A program made the translations under genes and the position numbers. A stretch of DNA of 64,000 nt. Source: Ramazzottius varieornatus. Its lineage: Eukaryota; Animalia; Tardigrada. Under the pieces are notes generated by a model. The model searched no databases and was not told the DNA's origin. It saw only the letters and a program-made list of their open reading frames with translations. Shown piece after piece: positions 34,563 to 48,013 of the stretch (the first letter of the stretch is position 1; every line of letters starts with the position of its first letter). The stretch is from assembly GCA_001949185.1 (NCBI GenBank), contig BDGG01000013.1, positions 372,001 through 436,000 of the forward strand, in the 5' to 3' direction.

Positions 34563-36370
34563 ACGTTAACCGTACCTCTGTGACCGTACGCTGTACTCAA
34601 ATATTCTGGCCATCCGAAAACTGTAGCCACATCGGCAGTCCGGGAGCTACAGAATACGGCTAGCTTGGGTACCCGATGTACAGAATAGGAACAGTGTACT
34701 CCACCCGTACAGTCAGGAGCGTTTATGCGCTGGGAGGCCATCAAAAAGCCTACTACTATGTAGTTATAAGGGGTGGCTATCTCAACAACCGAAATTTGGG
34801 GTGGGTAACTCAACAACCTTTTCCTCGTACCTGCTGGTGTACTTATCCCTGCTCATCGCTTACAATCTTCCGATAGCAAAAACAATAGATGTTCTTACAG
34901 GGCAAGTTTTGTCCGGAGATTTACATTGTCACTTTCATTTCAAACCAAGTTAACTTTTTTTCTTCTAGGCGGGAGCAACTTGAGCTGTGGATGCGCGTAA
35001 AAACCCATCATGGACACTTTTAGTAGACCGGGTCGAAAAAACTCCTTCGAAGAATATTGTGCGTATTCTGAATTAATCCGCAAAAGTGGCAAGTCCTGTA
35101 AGCGTGATTGTCTCCCGAGTGAAACTGGAGCTAAGCGTACATCTGGAAATTAGTATTTATTAGTCTCAATTTGCAAGCACGAACAGCCTTGCGTTTTTGA
35201 CAGGTCCTCCTGGGTCGCTGCTAAGTCGTTCGGTGCGTGAGAGAACCTTCAGAGCGCGACTCAAGTTCGCTGCCTTGCATGTCACTGAGTGCTACCGATA
35301 CTGCAGTTCCCTAAATCTGCCCAACAAGGTTTCTATCAATCGATTCTCGGTAATTTTCTCCTGTCACAGGACTCCTTTCAATTGAGGCCTTTGCTTCCGG
35401 CAAGTGCCAGCTTGGCGCATGTTGCTCAAAATAACCAGTTGCTGTCATCTCAGCACAACACAAGACCAGCTCCTTGCCGCGTACCCTATCCCGCTGAGCA
35501 CGAACGTGGGCAAGTGCTTTTATTTTTGATTAACTCTACTTCATCCCGTCGGCTTTCACTTTCTTCCGACATCTTATAATCTTCCAGACTTTCTACGTGC
35601 ATTTTGCTCCATGTAATCAGATCGCCTAAAAATATCCAGCCTTTGCTCCGTTTTACTGCTGGACTTGAGTTTTGAAATAGGGAACTTGTTGCTCGCTGAA
35701 TTCGGCGAACTGGAAGGACAACTCGATATCGTTATCACTGACCGCTGCATTGGGAAGTTTATTGCATGGAGGACGGGCAGTTTCCAGAGGTGTCGAAACT
35801 CAGGCATCCGGTGTTTCCAGGAGGGATCTCGAGCGCGACCCAGCTTTCCACTCGTATTTCCATTTGCATTATCACGCCTCCTCGCGTTTGGCTTCCTTTC
35901 TTCCTTTCCACATTCCCTACCCCATGATCTTTCAGCAGAGGTGCCTGCCAGCTGCAGTGAAGACCTAAAAGCTGCAGAGTTATTCTGGGTCGAGAGCCAT
36001 CGTTAACGCGCGCCCTCCTACCATTACTCTCCCTTCATCCATCCAACGTGGCTGGCGTTGCTCTGGTCTCCACAATAGTCGCATGCAAAGAGGCTCCCAC
36101 TAATCCCCACTCACCCCTTCTCTGTTATTCCCTGAAGCTGCATACTGCTTGATCCTTTTATCCAGCTTTCTCGAGATACTGCCTGATACTGAAAGCTACT
36201 GCGCCTTTCATATCCTCCGGCCTTTGGGTTTTTATATCGTTCTCCAAGTATACCGCCGAAACCTACATCACCCTCCTGTCCAGAAACTACGATACCCGAG
36301 CCGCTATTCTTCCAAAAGTTTATCCAGTTACTTCTCTGGTAAATTTTCGATCCTAGTCCTATACTTTTCC

Positions 36371-38018
36371 ATGGCGGGATTGGCCAACGATTTTGTACGT
36401 TTGAAACGCTACAACATCCACGCGCTGCCCAAGAAGCTCCGCCGACAAATGGCGCCAGCTCCGGGTTTCATCGAACCCAGTCTACCCAGTCGGACCAAGC
36501 TCATCAATGTCCGGGTGGACTCAGCCTGTTTATGGTCAGCCTGCAAGAGTACGTCCTTTGCCATCATTCTCATTGTCATCGGAGCCACCATGGCGGTCAT
36601 CGGGTTCTATGCTCCAGATCTGTCCTCCCACGAGTACAGTTTGAGCAACATGACATACCATGAGAGGAACCTTGATTTACATTACCACTTGAAGAACTTG
36701 ACGTATGTCGGGCCAGCCTTTATGGGACTCGGGTGTGTCATCATTGTAGCCATTTGTGTGATGACATTCGAGGCACGGGATAAGGCAGCCAAGATATGCC
36801 CTGAAGACCCACCACCGAAGGGACGCGGAGCCGATGAATTATGCGTCAGCGTCATCAAAAGTCTGGTCAGGAAATACAGCGGCATTCACATTCCCAAAGG
36901 TACGCCCCCGAAAACCATATAATTTGACGCCAAACAACGACTTGGATGTCAAGGACTCACCCCCGAAGACAAAAAAATAAACGAGAAACCCGCATCAAAA
37001 TACAAATGGATGCTCGGCAAAGAAACGCGACAAGACGGTTTTCCCAAGTGGCGTACACCCGCAGAGTTATTGGCTGGAAACGCGCTCCACTTGGGAAAAC
37101 GATCTTGTGGCGTTTGATTGCTTTCCTAAGTGGCGCACTCCTTCAGCCTTACAAGCGGGAAGCATACGCCACTTGGAAAATGATCTGGTCGAGCATGCGG
37201 GACGTGGGCAAGAGTCCTCACATATCGCACAATCGAGGGCCGAAACCGTAGAGGCAGACTTTGCAAGGGTGAAGCTTTCAAACTCGGGTGGGTCCAGATC
37301 CGTTCACTGCTTTGGGTTCCTTTAACGCAGTACGGAGTAAACGCCCCTGAACCCACTTAAGCTCAAAAACTTTCCCCTTGCAAAGTCTACCTCCGCGGAT
37401 GCAGTCCTCGATTGCGCTATCTGTGAGGACTCTTGCCTACGTCCCAATATTTTCCTGGGTCTCAAATTTCCTCTATGGAGTCTTTGACTGCACCGTCGTT
37501 TCCTCCTCATTCGCCCATGATTTATAGTTTGATTTGCAGCATCGCCGCAAAAGTATGACATGGTTGAGAGCGCCCAGTTACTTCCGACCTCGCCCCAGTA
37601 CGAGGATCGCAAAAGTTACAGCCACTTGCTGGAAACGCCGATGGAGCATTCCATGTACCTTCGTACCTCTTCCGAGCCGTGCTTCCCCACGCGCAACATG
37701 TTCGTCCTTGACGTGTCTGTGCCATCTGTCTATATAGCCATGCCGCCGTCTCCTGCACCTGCCTCAACAAGTCCTTCGCACACTCAGCTGCAGCCAGTCA
37801 CGCATCCGTTGTTAGAAGAGCGATTCATCAGCTCGACATCGATACAGTCGTCAGGATTAGTGCCAAGGCGTGATTGGAATGAGACACGCTCGTCAATCGC
37901 CATGTCTGGAGAAACTTCCGTGCAAGCAGATGTACACCCGTTACCTGCGACGAGATACGCATCCTCAGTTAATTGGCTAGTGGGCTCTACACCAAATTCA
38001 CCTTTACCTGACATTTGA
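36371..38018 (+). CDS. TMEM200: TMEM200-family (DUF2371) two-TM protein, 2 exons
   Basis: IVIGATMAVIGFY...LTYVGPAFMGLG..I..CVMTFEARDK; intron from 36900 (GTACGC) to TTGCAG at about 37539. Confidence 0.8.
37199..37445. repeat. Long inverted repeat (MITE-like) in the TMEM200 intron
   Basis: About 78-bp imperfect arms GGGACGTGGGCAAGAGTCCTCACA.. / ..TGTGAGGACTCTTGCCTACGTCCC. Confidence 0.75.
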
Positions 38019-38384
38019 GATCGAAAACTCTGAAACGCATCTCTCGAATCTTTTCTGTGCAAAGAATATCCCAGGTCCAGCAGACCAACCTCAGCAATTC
38101 CTAACAGAAGTGTCTTTTGTAGAAATATCATAAGAAAATATTGCACTTAATAAACTAGAAACTTGCTCTAAATTGTTTTCACATTAAATAAACTCGAAAG
38201 GTAAATGAAACGGGAGCTGCTGAATAAATTTCTCTTCCATGGTACCTCCATAAAAGTTTTGCTGTATGTACGGACTGGTGGTGGACAGATAAGAGAGGAA
38301 AGGCCACACAGATTTCAGGAACGGATAAGCAAAATTAGACAACAGAACGACTTCCGGTGTACGGGCAAAATACTGTAAGACAGT

Positions 38385-39222
38385 TTATACGGCTTCTTGG
38401 CGCAGTTCCTTGTCGACAACTTCAAAAATATCAGTGATTGTTTCGTTCCAGCGCGTGGGTTTCTGAGCAGGATGGCGAGGGACCGGTGGTAATCCTGCGT
38501 TGGAGTTGACGTAGACGCTTACGCCAGGTCCCTGATGTCCTGTGACTGTCCTTGGTCCGGAATTACCGGCTCCATAACCTTGAGGTCCTGGATTGGCAGC
38601 CGATCCGTAGGGACTGGGCGTCGTGATGAAGAAGTGACCAGATTGACGAGCGTGTGCCTCTTCCACGGTCTCTCCGTACCACTGCACAAAAACGAAGGCT
38701 TTTGTATGCAAACACTCGTATTCGGCTTCGGGCATGCTTTCACATTAGCTAGTCGAACGACTATGATTTGACAGTCAGATGAATTCGAAAAATGGATGGT
38801 AGGCTCACCATTGTGTTAATCAAGCGACCGGCGTTGTCGCGCCACACGTTAGGGTCCCACGAAGGCTTCCAACCCATTCCTCTCAACAGGGTTTTCATCT
38901 GCAATCAATGGAGCTTGTCCAGAATTTTTCTTTCCTGTATATTTAAGATAGGCCGACATGTGATAATAAACAGATTTTTTCTGCTGCAGTCACAAGCGGA
39001 TCCTTCAATTTGTTTTTCTCAACATACCCAATCGATAGCGGACCGTACAAGACCGACGCTAAGCAGTCCGTCAGCAGCCGGGTCTTGGTAGCCGTTGGGT
39101 GCGGTTCCGGAATACGCCTGATTCTGTCGTTTAGCTCGTTCAACAGAGGCTGCGTCCACCGAAACGATCACAGCCAGAATGACCCCATATGCAAGCGACA
39201 AGCCGATTGTCATAGTCCTCAT
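38385..39222 (-). CDS. Small secreted orphan protein, 3 exons
   Basis: Signal peptide, RAKR|Q furin-type site, Gly/Pro-rich C-terminal exon; canonical splice sites. Confidence 0.7.
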
Positions 39223-40783
39223 TGCAGTGTAATACCCCAGTGAACGCCGTCCAAATGTTGACAATTACGGTTCAAGCAATATTGCTACCGTCGGGAGATG
39301 ATCCGTGACAGACGACAACACGTAGAAGAGACAACACGTAAAATTCACCGGAAAAAATGTCAGCGGGCACTAGCACACTAACTTCTGCACGTTATATTCA
39401 GAGATTCTAAGAGAAGATATTGTAGGTGTCAGCCTGCCGTTGCGGTCTAATCGACGGCCGATTAAATGTTGCTGCCTATGACTAAGACTTCAAGGTTCAG
39501 AAAACAAGGTTGCTATTCGGACTACTCCTCATTACGGTCGTTTCTACCCATGATATGCGCGGTATGCGTACTTGTACCGAAATTTTTGTAAACTACGTCT
39601 CAGCACCATTTTCCAAGAAACAAAAAGATTCGTCAACCGATGAGCTATTCGCGAATCCGGAAGAACCACCCATAAAGCAGGAAACTTGAGGTCCGAGACG
39701 ACTTCATAAGCTACTGGCCGCTCGTCCATCACGACTTAAAGTACAGATCGAGCTGGCCAGGTTCGCTTTGAGGTATATATCCTGACAAGGGAACCTTCAG
39801 ACCATGTTATACGCCGATCATGTTTTTGATGCCTCTACGTGATAGCTATGACTCTTAGCTCTCGACAAACAATGGGGAAAAATGCCACCGACCCCTTCCT
39901 GAAGCTGCAGATAATCCCGAAGGTGCGTCGTTCGCTGTATCAACCGATTCTGAAGCCACTCATGCCATTCATCAGAACAAGGTCAAGTCTCCATGACTGC
40001 GGTAAGAAGTTATTTCATTGCGACTTCCACAATATCAGAAGCAAGCATCTCCGATTTTCGTAATTCAAAAACGACCTACGAAACACGCCACTTTTGCGGG
40101 GTAGCGAGAATTAAAATTGTCCTGCCCCACGAACTGAAAACTGTTGATGAGCTGCTCAACGGATACCGCAGGGTGAGCTCGGTGTTCAGCAAACGCTGAT
40201 CCGCGATTGAGCTCCTTCAGCTCGCGGAATGTAGGATTTGGTGGTTGGTGTCTTGTCTTGGTTTGCCCCCGTACAACTCTGGCAGCCAATGTTTTGGAAG
40301 AAAACCTGATAGTGCTTTGAAAGAACATTGATTGGAGTACGACTTAAACACATGGCAAAATTCGTGAAGAATCTGGGCGGTATAAAAAATTGTTTTACCG
40401 GCGAAAACTGACGCAAATCGATGCAGACAGAATAAGAGATAATGACATATTCCGGTCGACTGTCGCTGACAGACGTCCATTACGCCGGCCTTCATAGCTA
40501 AACTGTACAACAAGAAACAGGCTAAAACATAAAACTCTGACGTCAAACAAACATGATTTTCCCTTGAGCACGTAAACACTGCGAGCATCCCGGCCAAAGT
40601 GCCGTCAGAAAAATCCAAATAACCATCTAGTGAGCAAGTGAGTAAGAATATATACAATAAAGTGAATAAACTATGTACAGCACGGACTTTAATACGGTTT
40701 CATTTCGAAGTCAACTGGAGAATGAGCAAGTAGAAAATCTATACTGTTACGAAAGGCTAAACTTTGCTGTTCCTCCTTCGTTT

Positions 40784-43700
40784 TCATTGTCTGATAAACT
40801 TCTTGTCGGACAAACCACTGTAGACCGACACAAACGAGTCCGTACTCGCCACTGCCAACGTCGCCTAAAAAGACCAGAGTAACACGAGGAAAAATATTTT
40901 CGGTGGAAGGAAAGCATAGATGGGTTGTCGGCGAAAGAAACGTACAAGATCGTGATGCCAAGTGGCGCACATTTTCAGTTATGTTGGCTGGTAGCGTGCG
41001 CCACTTGGAGAACCCGGCAAGATTGTTGCCCGGATTTGGCCAACAACGCTGAAAACCTGCGCGACTTAAGATACTGAACTTGTACCTTCGTCTGCCGGCT
41101 CGTAGATCATACCTTGTAAGGATGAAAGGCAACGGAAGCTACAGGACCGATCCGTTGGCCCATGAAGCCTTCGTAGTGCCTTATGGAACCCAGGGCCGTG
41201 CCGACAAAGCTGTAAATGTTGGCCGTTTGTGCTGTGGAGCCACTGCAGCAAGATAAAAAATGAAGTTTATTTTCTTCGTGATTTCTGATTAAGAATCTAC
41301 GAGAAAGTAATCACCAGCAAAATAGTTCGGCCCGGCTATGGAAATCCACACAGCTCAAGCCGGGCACTGTCTTGATCACCAACAGCGGATTTGGCATGCG
41401 AGCATCCCACAGCTTGACGTCGCCGTCAGTGCTCGCCGAGTATATCTTATTGTTGAGGACATTTGGAGGCATCCTTGTTGCAACAACCGGTGTCAAATGA
41501 CCGTCAAAAACCATCACCTGAGCTTCTGTCGCCGGCAAACGCCTGTCGTACAACCTGCAACATAACCCATACAATTCATGACATGTCTCATTACATAACA
41601 TATCCCCGCAAAATCCGGATCTGTCAACAGTCTATATACTATGTAATTTAATTATTCTATCTATGACAGATGTATGCCATAGCATGTTGCACCATGTCAT
41701 ACATCATGCCATGTCATATACTAATGACATTGTCTGCTCAGTCAAGTCGTAGTTCGATTGTGAAGTAAGCGTATGCCATGTCATGCAATGTCATATGTTA
41801 TGTCTTACCTGACAGATCCGTCGCCATAGCCCGCCACAAACAGGCCACGACAGCCCGGCTCGGACGCGACACAACCCACTCCGCTGTCCACCTTGGTGGC
41901 GATGTCCAGGACTTTGCTCTCGTTGGCCGTGTCCCATATCCTCATGGTCTTGCAGTCTCCTGCGACGATGACGTGTTGTGTCAAGGCCTCCCAGCTGAAG
42001 ATCAGCCCGGCTGACGGCGTGGAGGTAGACGGAGTGGACAGGATTTCGGGCAGAGCCTGCCAACCCGTCACTAAGTCTTCCCGAGTCTTTTCGGCAGCGG
42101 AAATGTTCTTCCATACTCGTAAACTGCCCTCGTCTGCAGATCGTACACAAGATCAACAAACCAATTTGACTTGATTACTGAGCAAATTTTCAATATCTGG
42201 AAAGTTGGTAAATAAACAACAAGATCGTTATCTCAAGTGACGCAGCCCATTATTGTCCTAGGGCATAGACTGAAAACGTGCGCCACTTGAAAAAACGATC
42301 TGGTGGAGTAAACATGTCCAGTTCGAAACGAACGTTTCCTGAACAAAATTTATTTTACCGGTAGCGACGAGAAGTAAGGGCGCATCATGAGCATTGATTA
42401 GCTCCATATCAGTTATTCTATGTGGACGAACGTTGCCGTTGAAAAATGACCCAACGCGGAAGCTCTTTTTGTAATTCCAAATACTGCAATGAAGGCAGGC
42501 CAAATGACACAGACGTTAATTAGTGAGGGAAAGCTGGACATACGTTATATGAGAACGGTCAGCAACGTATATCACAGCTTCAACAGGATCAAAGACAACA
42601 TGCGAAGGAACTTCGGGGTTCCGGTTGAAGAACATCTGAGTATCGTACTTCAAGGCTCCTGAAAGACGAGAAAAGTGGATACACTTTACAAACTGAACAA
42701 AACTAGTAATTACCTAAATTTTGGGAGTCGATGGAGGTAGTGTTCCTTGCGCTACGGTTCCTAATGTACTTCCACTCCCTCCGAAAATGTCTTTCCGCAG
42801 TAGGGTCTTGGTCATCACGCAGCTTGATCATCGGCAAAGCGAAGGTCTTACCGGCCCACTGCACGTATTCGGACGTCACCAGAGGCTCAATGTTGGTAAC
42901 TACACCTTCGTCCTCCCCTTCTTCCTCGTTTGGACCCGGATCGAACTGCCTTCTTGACCTGCAACGCAATCCCAAGTTAGGCCAACAAAACTTCCATATT
43001 CCACGTACTAGCATACAAGGCAATATACATTTCACGCGACGGCCAGTATGCAAGTGGGTGACGGAGTGTCTATAAACACCCATCACCCATATGCACACAG
43101 TATAGTCTGCAGATATGGCAGAAAGGATGTATGCAGGTTCGCGAAAACTGACAAGGCTGCATTTCACTCACCGGAAGTATTTCTGGGAGTAGCCCAATGT
43201 CAACGCGGAATCATTGCTGCTGCCCGTGGATTTCCTCGACTCCATAGAGACCTGGCTGTTTAGCCGGTTGGCCGGTGGTCTCAAATTCCCTCCAGGTGTC
43301 GGTGGAGAGTCGCCATCGCCCATCAGGTGATTCGTCTTGGGGCTTCCAGCAATACCCGCATCTGGTGTACTTCGTCCGGCGGGACTGCTGGTTTCTCGTT
43401 GGATCAGGATACTCTTAATGTGATGGACGACAGTTTGAGCTGCTTGAGCCACTTCGGGATACGGATCCTTCGCGGCGTTCATGAGAACTTTCCAGACATT
43501 CTGAAAGACGTTACCGTGGCGGATGGAACCGGAACTGAAGGAGAGCGAAGGCTTGGAAGCGGCTTTGCGAAGAACGGTGGCGGCGAGATTATCGGGTGAA
43601 CGGTTGTTTACCGGAGAATCGCTATCTGAAAAACGAACACAAAAATGAGAAGACTAAGACATCAATGTTCAGATCGGTCCACAACTACGCCCCATGAAGT

Positions 43701-46700
43701 GGCGAAGGAAGACGTGCTGAAACGCTGCCATCCCGCGCCACCAGAAGGCAAAGGTGCCAAAGCGGCGCACTCTTCCATGTTAAAGTCCCGCAGAGTGCGC
43801 ACTGCGGCAAGCATCATAAGCGGCGCACAGTGATGTTGAGAGAAGTTAAGAGAGAAGAGGAAAACCATTCGGTAAAACCACTGTGCTCACCTCTTATGGA
43901 GGTGATAGGCAAGCCCATAGATTCTCTGACTTTCTCCTCCTCCTCAAACTGGTACGCGACTGCTGTGAACTGCGGTTCAAAGTGCAGGACCAGCCACTGC
44001 AGGGCCACAACAAGGTCCATCCGAACCAGCGGACTAGCTTCGTTGGCCGCCACACTGCAGAGCTGCATGCCGATGGCCGAGTCTATCGCGTTAGCGTGGT
44101 CTGATCTATCGGCATCGTTACCCACGAAAGTCCCCAACGCGAAGATTGCAGCAGCTCGTACTTCGGGGACTCGGTCTTTCAGCAGCGGGTAGAGCTTCTC
44201 ATAAGCCGAGTCCCGAACAGCGGCCCACCTGAGAACAAGGAGGTCCATGACATGACGTAACATAACATCACCTATCGTCTGGCACCAAATTCTTCGCCTG
44301 TTGTTCCAACGAGATCATGATTACGACAAGAACCTCGGCAAAAAATCTTGGCAACATTGTTACTCCAAGTGGCGCACGCACCGAGCCAACAATACTAAAA
44401 AGGCGCGCAACTGCGCAGAGCAATCTTGTCGAGTTGTGTCGCAGTGTCAGGCTCTCGGTTATCCATACTAACCTCATGACGAAACATCACGCGACACGAC
44501 AACTTGACAAATTACCTGGCCGCCGGGTATTTGGTCCATATGACGCCCAGCGTAATGGCGACCCACTGTCGGAGCATCCCCCGTCCCTCTGTAATCTGTT
44601 CCAGACAGACCGCGATGACGTTATCTTTCAGCCCAACGTCTTTGCCAGCAGCGTTGTCAGCCACCGTTCGGGACATGACGAAAGCGGCCATGGTGCGGTG
44701 TTCGACAGGTAAATAGGTGTCGGCCAGGATATCCACGAAGTACTTGTGGCCACCTTCACGGATGATTTCTCCTTGGCAAGTCTAATGCCCAAACAACGCA
44801 TTAACTGAGTTCCTTCGAAAGCAAAAAGGGAGCCGGGGGATGACCCGTATAGATCGTCATCTCGAGCAGCGCACGTTTCCAGCGTTAGTGGCTGGAAGCG
44901 TACGCTACTTGGAGAAACGATCTGGATGAATTTGACTACCGGTGTCCCAGTTGTCTAAAAACTGGACTTACGTCGTCAACGGCAAGAATTTTGGCCCAGA
45001 TGAAGACAAGTAAGGGTCGGAGTTCGCGGGCAGAGCTTTGGAGAAGTTTGAGCACGTAGGGAAAGATTCCGACGGAAAGGGCCTGGTTGACCGCCCATGG
45101 ACCAAGGTCGACGAAGCGGCCGAGGAGATCGAGAGCTCGAAGACGGTGGCTTTGGCTCAGCAGAACCTGGAATAATCCCGTAAAAACAATCTTGGAGCTG
45201 TAATTTTTCAGCGATGTCGCACACCTGCCTACACGAGAACCAACATCAAAATGCAGGTGCCCGTGTGAAAAGTTAAATTCGTTCATGTGGTCAAGCATTG
45301 TACCTGCAGGACGATGGGTAGTTGCTCAGGCGGGTGTCTTTTCTCGTTGCCGTATGTTAGCCACACTTGAAAGGCTGTTAGCTGTTCAGTGAAGAACGTC
45401 GAGTAGATGTAGGGTGCGCCCTCTAGCACGGCTGGCAGCTGACACAGGCAGGCGTCCAGGGCAAAGTCCCATGCATCCCTAGGAAAAGAGACTTTGTTAT
45501 TGACAATGAGTTTATGACTGAAAAGAGTTCTTACCACATGGGGTGCTGGGCGGTGGAATGCGGAATATTCGGATAGGATATAGGTGAGCATTTGTAGCTG
45601 CGCATCACGCGTTCAGCTAGGAGGAAGTTGCGGAACAGACTAGCCACTAGCAGGTCTTGCCGAAACAAGCGATGGAATAATTCTGCAAAATACCGAAATA
45701 TGCGCTTTGTTTCTGGCTAGAAATCGACATCTATGGACGAACTTTGCACCTCGGGGAAGAGAGTTCCAGGCGATCGTGTCGGTTACTGCCGTGAAGATCC
45801 AGTTGAGTTCTCCCAACATGGTCCTTCTGTCATTCATCTGTCCAGGAATTCTACGACGCGAGAAACGGACCTGTCATTCAGTGAATGATTTTTTCGGGCA
45901 GAAGATCTTGAATTTGAATTAATGAACTATATTTCTGAATTGGTTCTCAAATTTACTTGTCTATCATTTCCAAGGTAATTTCCGGTAAGAGCCTCGTCGT
46001 GTTGTGTAGCGTATACCACAACAGTGCCATCTTGATCGGCGTGGTCAGGCAAGCTGTGAAGAGGTCTGCCGGTAGTAGTGGATTGGTCGGCAGCTCTTCA
46101 CCGGAGGCACAGGACGCCAAGTGGATGCATGACCGATATTGAGGCGGCACCTCCTTCTGCTCGTCTGGGAAGTTCTTTCTTTGGTACTGTAATGTAACAG
46201 TAAGTCATTACACACCTGAGATTCCTCGAGGATGACGAATGTACTCGTTTACCATTTTTAAAGGTCAGATTACCTCATACTCCTCCTGGTGAGAGTTAGC
46301 GAACTGAAGGAAGCTCTCGACAATCATACCGGCGTTGGAGCAGTCGTAAACGTAGAGCGAAGGAACGCCCATCCACAGTTGCATGTCATACACCGACAGT
46401 GGAATGTATTGCGTGTAGTTCTTGTTGAAGACCCAGATTTCACCGTTTGCCGTCGGTTTGGGCACACCTGTAAACCACAAATCAATCAGTGTCCCCCTAT
46501 TTAATTGCGCGAATTTAATCATTTACTCCTGAAGACTTTTTTGGTTTTTGTTTATCAACATTTACCGTGGCCGTTGTAGTGAAACAAGACCCGTTCATCC
46601 TTTGAGCTCTTCCTCATGCCCACGCAGAGTTTTTTGATGTCGTCGATGGTGGGATCTAGCGACTGCTTGTATCTGGCTCGAGGCTGCCAGCGTTCATACT

Positions 46701-47560
46701 GCTTCTGCAAGGCATCCCCGATCTTCTCCACGGCCTTCACGGAGCTATTTGCCAGCGGATCGACCCAGGCTTCCAGCCGAGCACACGGGCTTGGTTTGAC
46801 CACATCGGGGGGATCTACTCCGACGTTGAGGCATAGCACTAAAGCCACGCTGACGGTTTTCATCTGCAAGGGGAAATCACGGTAAAATCCAATGCTGCTT
46901 TTCCGGGTAGAACCGACGCCTACAGCTAGTATCAGACCAACGGTAGGCTCGACGCCTACCATCAGTGCTTTTTGCCATGAATTAATGCCCAGCCATTCAG
47001 ATCACATTGCGAACCAACCGTGACGTCACGAGCCGTTAATTTGAATGAACGAGTTCGGAAAAACGACAACAAATGGGCAGAACACGACCCGCCATACCGC
47101 AATATCCAATATGTCCACTTGGACAGACTGACTTACGCGATCTTTCACTCTCCAGGATTCTACGGGATTCTGATAGCCCTGGATCTTTTCCGTATGACGC
47201 TGTTGCGTGAAAGCCAGAGGTGTCTGCCAGTCGATGGCATCGGTCTGACCTTCGGAGACTAGGACAGAGATGCGTGACTGGAGGGCGGAAGGTGCTGCAT
47301 TGCTGGGATGCTGCACGTTGAAGGTAGGCAGCTGGACGGTACCTGTGGACAGGTAGAGATTTTGCAAGGCTTGAAGAGGTAGCTGAGATGGATCCTGGGC
47401 GTAGGCGGGACGATTGGCTGGCAGCTAAAACGCGAGGATCGGAATTAGCGGCTGTTTCTCCCAGATGCTCGGGATCTTAGTTGCGCAATATGGTTGAACA
47501 ATTTACCTTTACATCGACTCCGCCGTTGGGTAGCGGATCACCATCTTGGTCAGCGTTCAT
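40784..47560 (-). CDS. RPTOR: Regulatory-associated protein of mTOR (Raptor)
   Basis: [64 protein letters not shown] and WD40 exons, [17 protein letters not shown]. Confidence 0.98.
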
Positions 47561-48013
47561 CCTGGCATTACCCTGCGTCGCCCACCTGATGCTCCATCGT
47601 AATGCAAAGTTCGAGATCGTCTGGTACGCGCAGAAACCTTGAAAACTCTAGAAAATTAAAGTCCGAACTAGGAACTCCCGAGATGGAGAGTATTTTCTCG
47701 CTCTGGGTTATAGGTTCCACATAGGCTTCATGCATTGATTGTTTGATCCAGTTATCTCCGATCAGCTGATCCGTGACGTCACCTGTACTTCATGAAGTGA
47801 CTTCGCTTGATTCAAGTATATTTGATTGTCTGGGTCGAAATCGATGCTTCGGAAATCGGAATTTTTCTTTTCAAGTTGATACAGTATCTTCCCAGTTTTA
47901 TTTTCCGTATTCCGTGACAACCTTCCTTGATATTGAGCAACACGAGTTATTCGTATGAATGATATGTAAGTGGTTGTCGAACCCGTAGGACCCAGACAGA
48001 TTCCAGAAGAAAT
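47561..48013. promoter_or_regulatory. Likely bidirectional promoter RPTOR/YME1L1 with a CRE-type palindrome GTGACGTCAC (47773-47782)
   Basis: Head-to-head ATGs about 450 bp apart; a second palindrome CGTGACGTCACG at 47019-47030 in a Raptor intron. Confidence 0.55.
47568..47597 (-). other. Upstream ORF (MEHQVGDAG*) ahead of the Raptor ATG
   Basis: ATG 47597 to TAA 47568; the stop overlaps a second ATG (TAATG). Confidence 0.4.

Noticed and set aside
41570-41800. Degenerate CATGT/CATAC pentamer tract in a Raptor intron
   Set aside because: Ordinary low-complexity repeat
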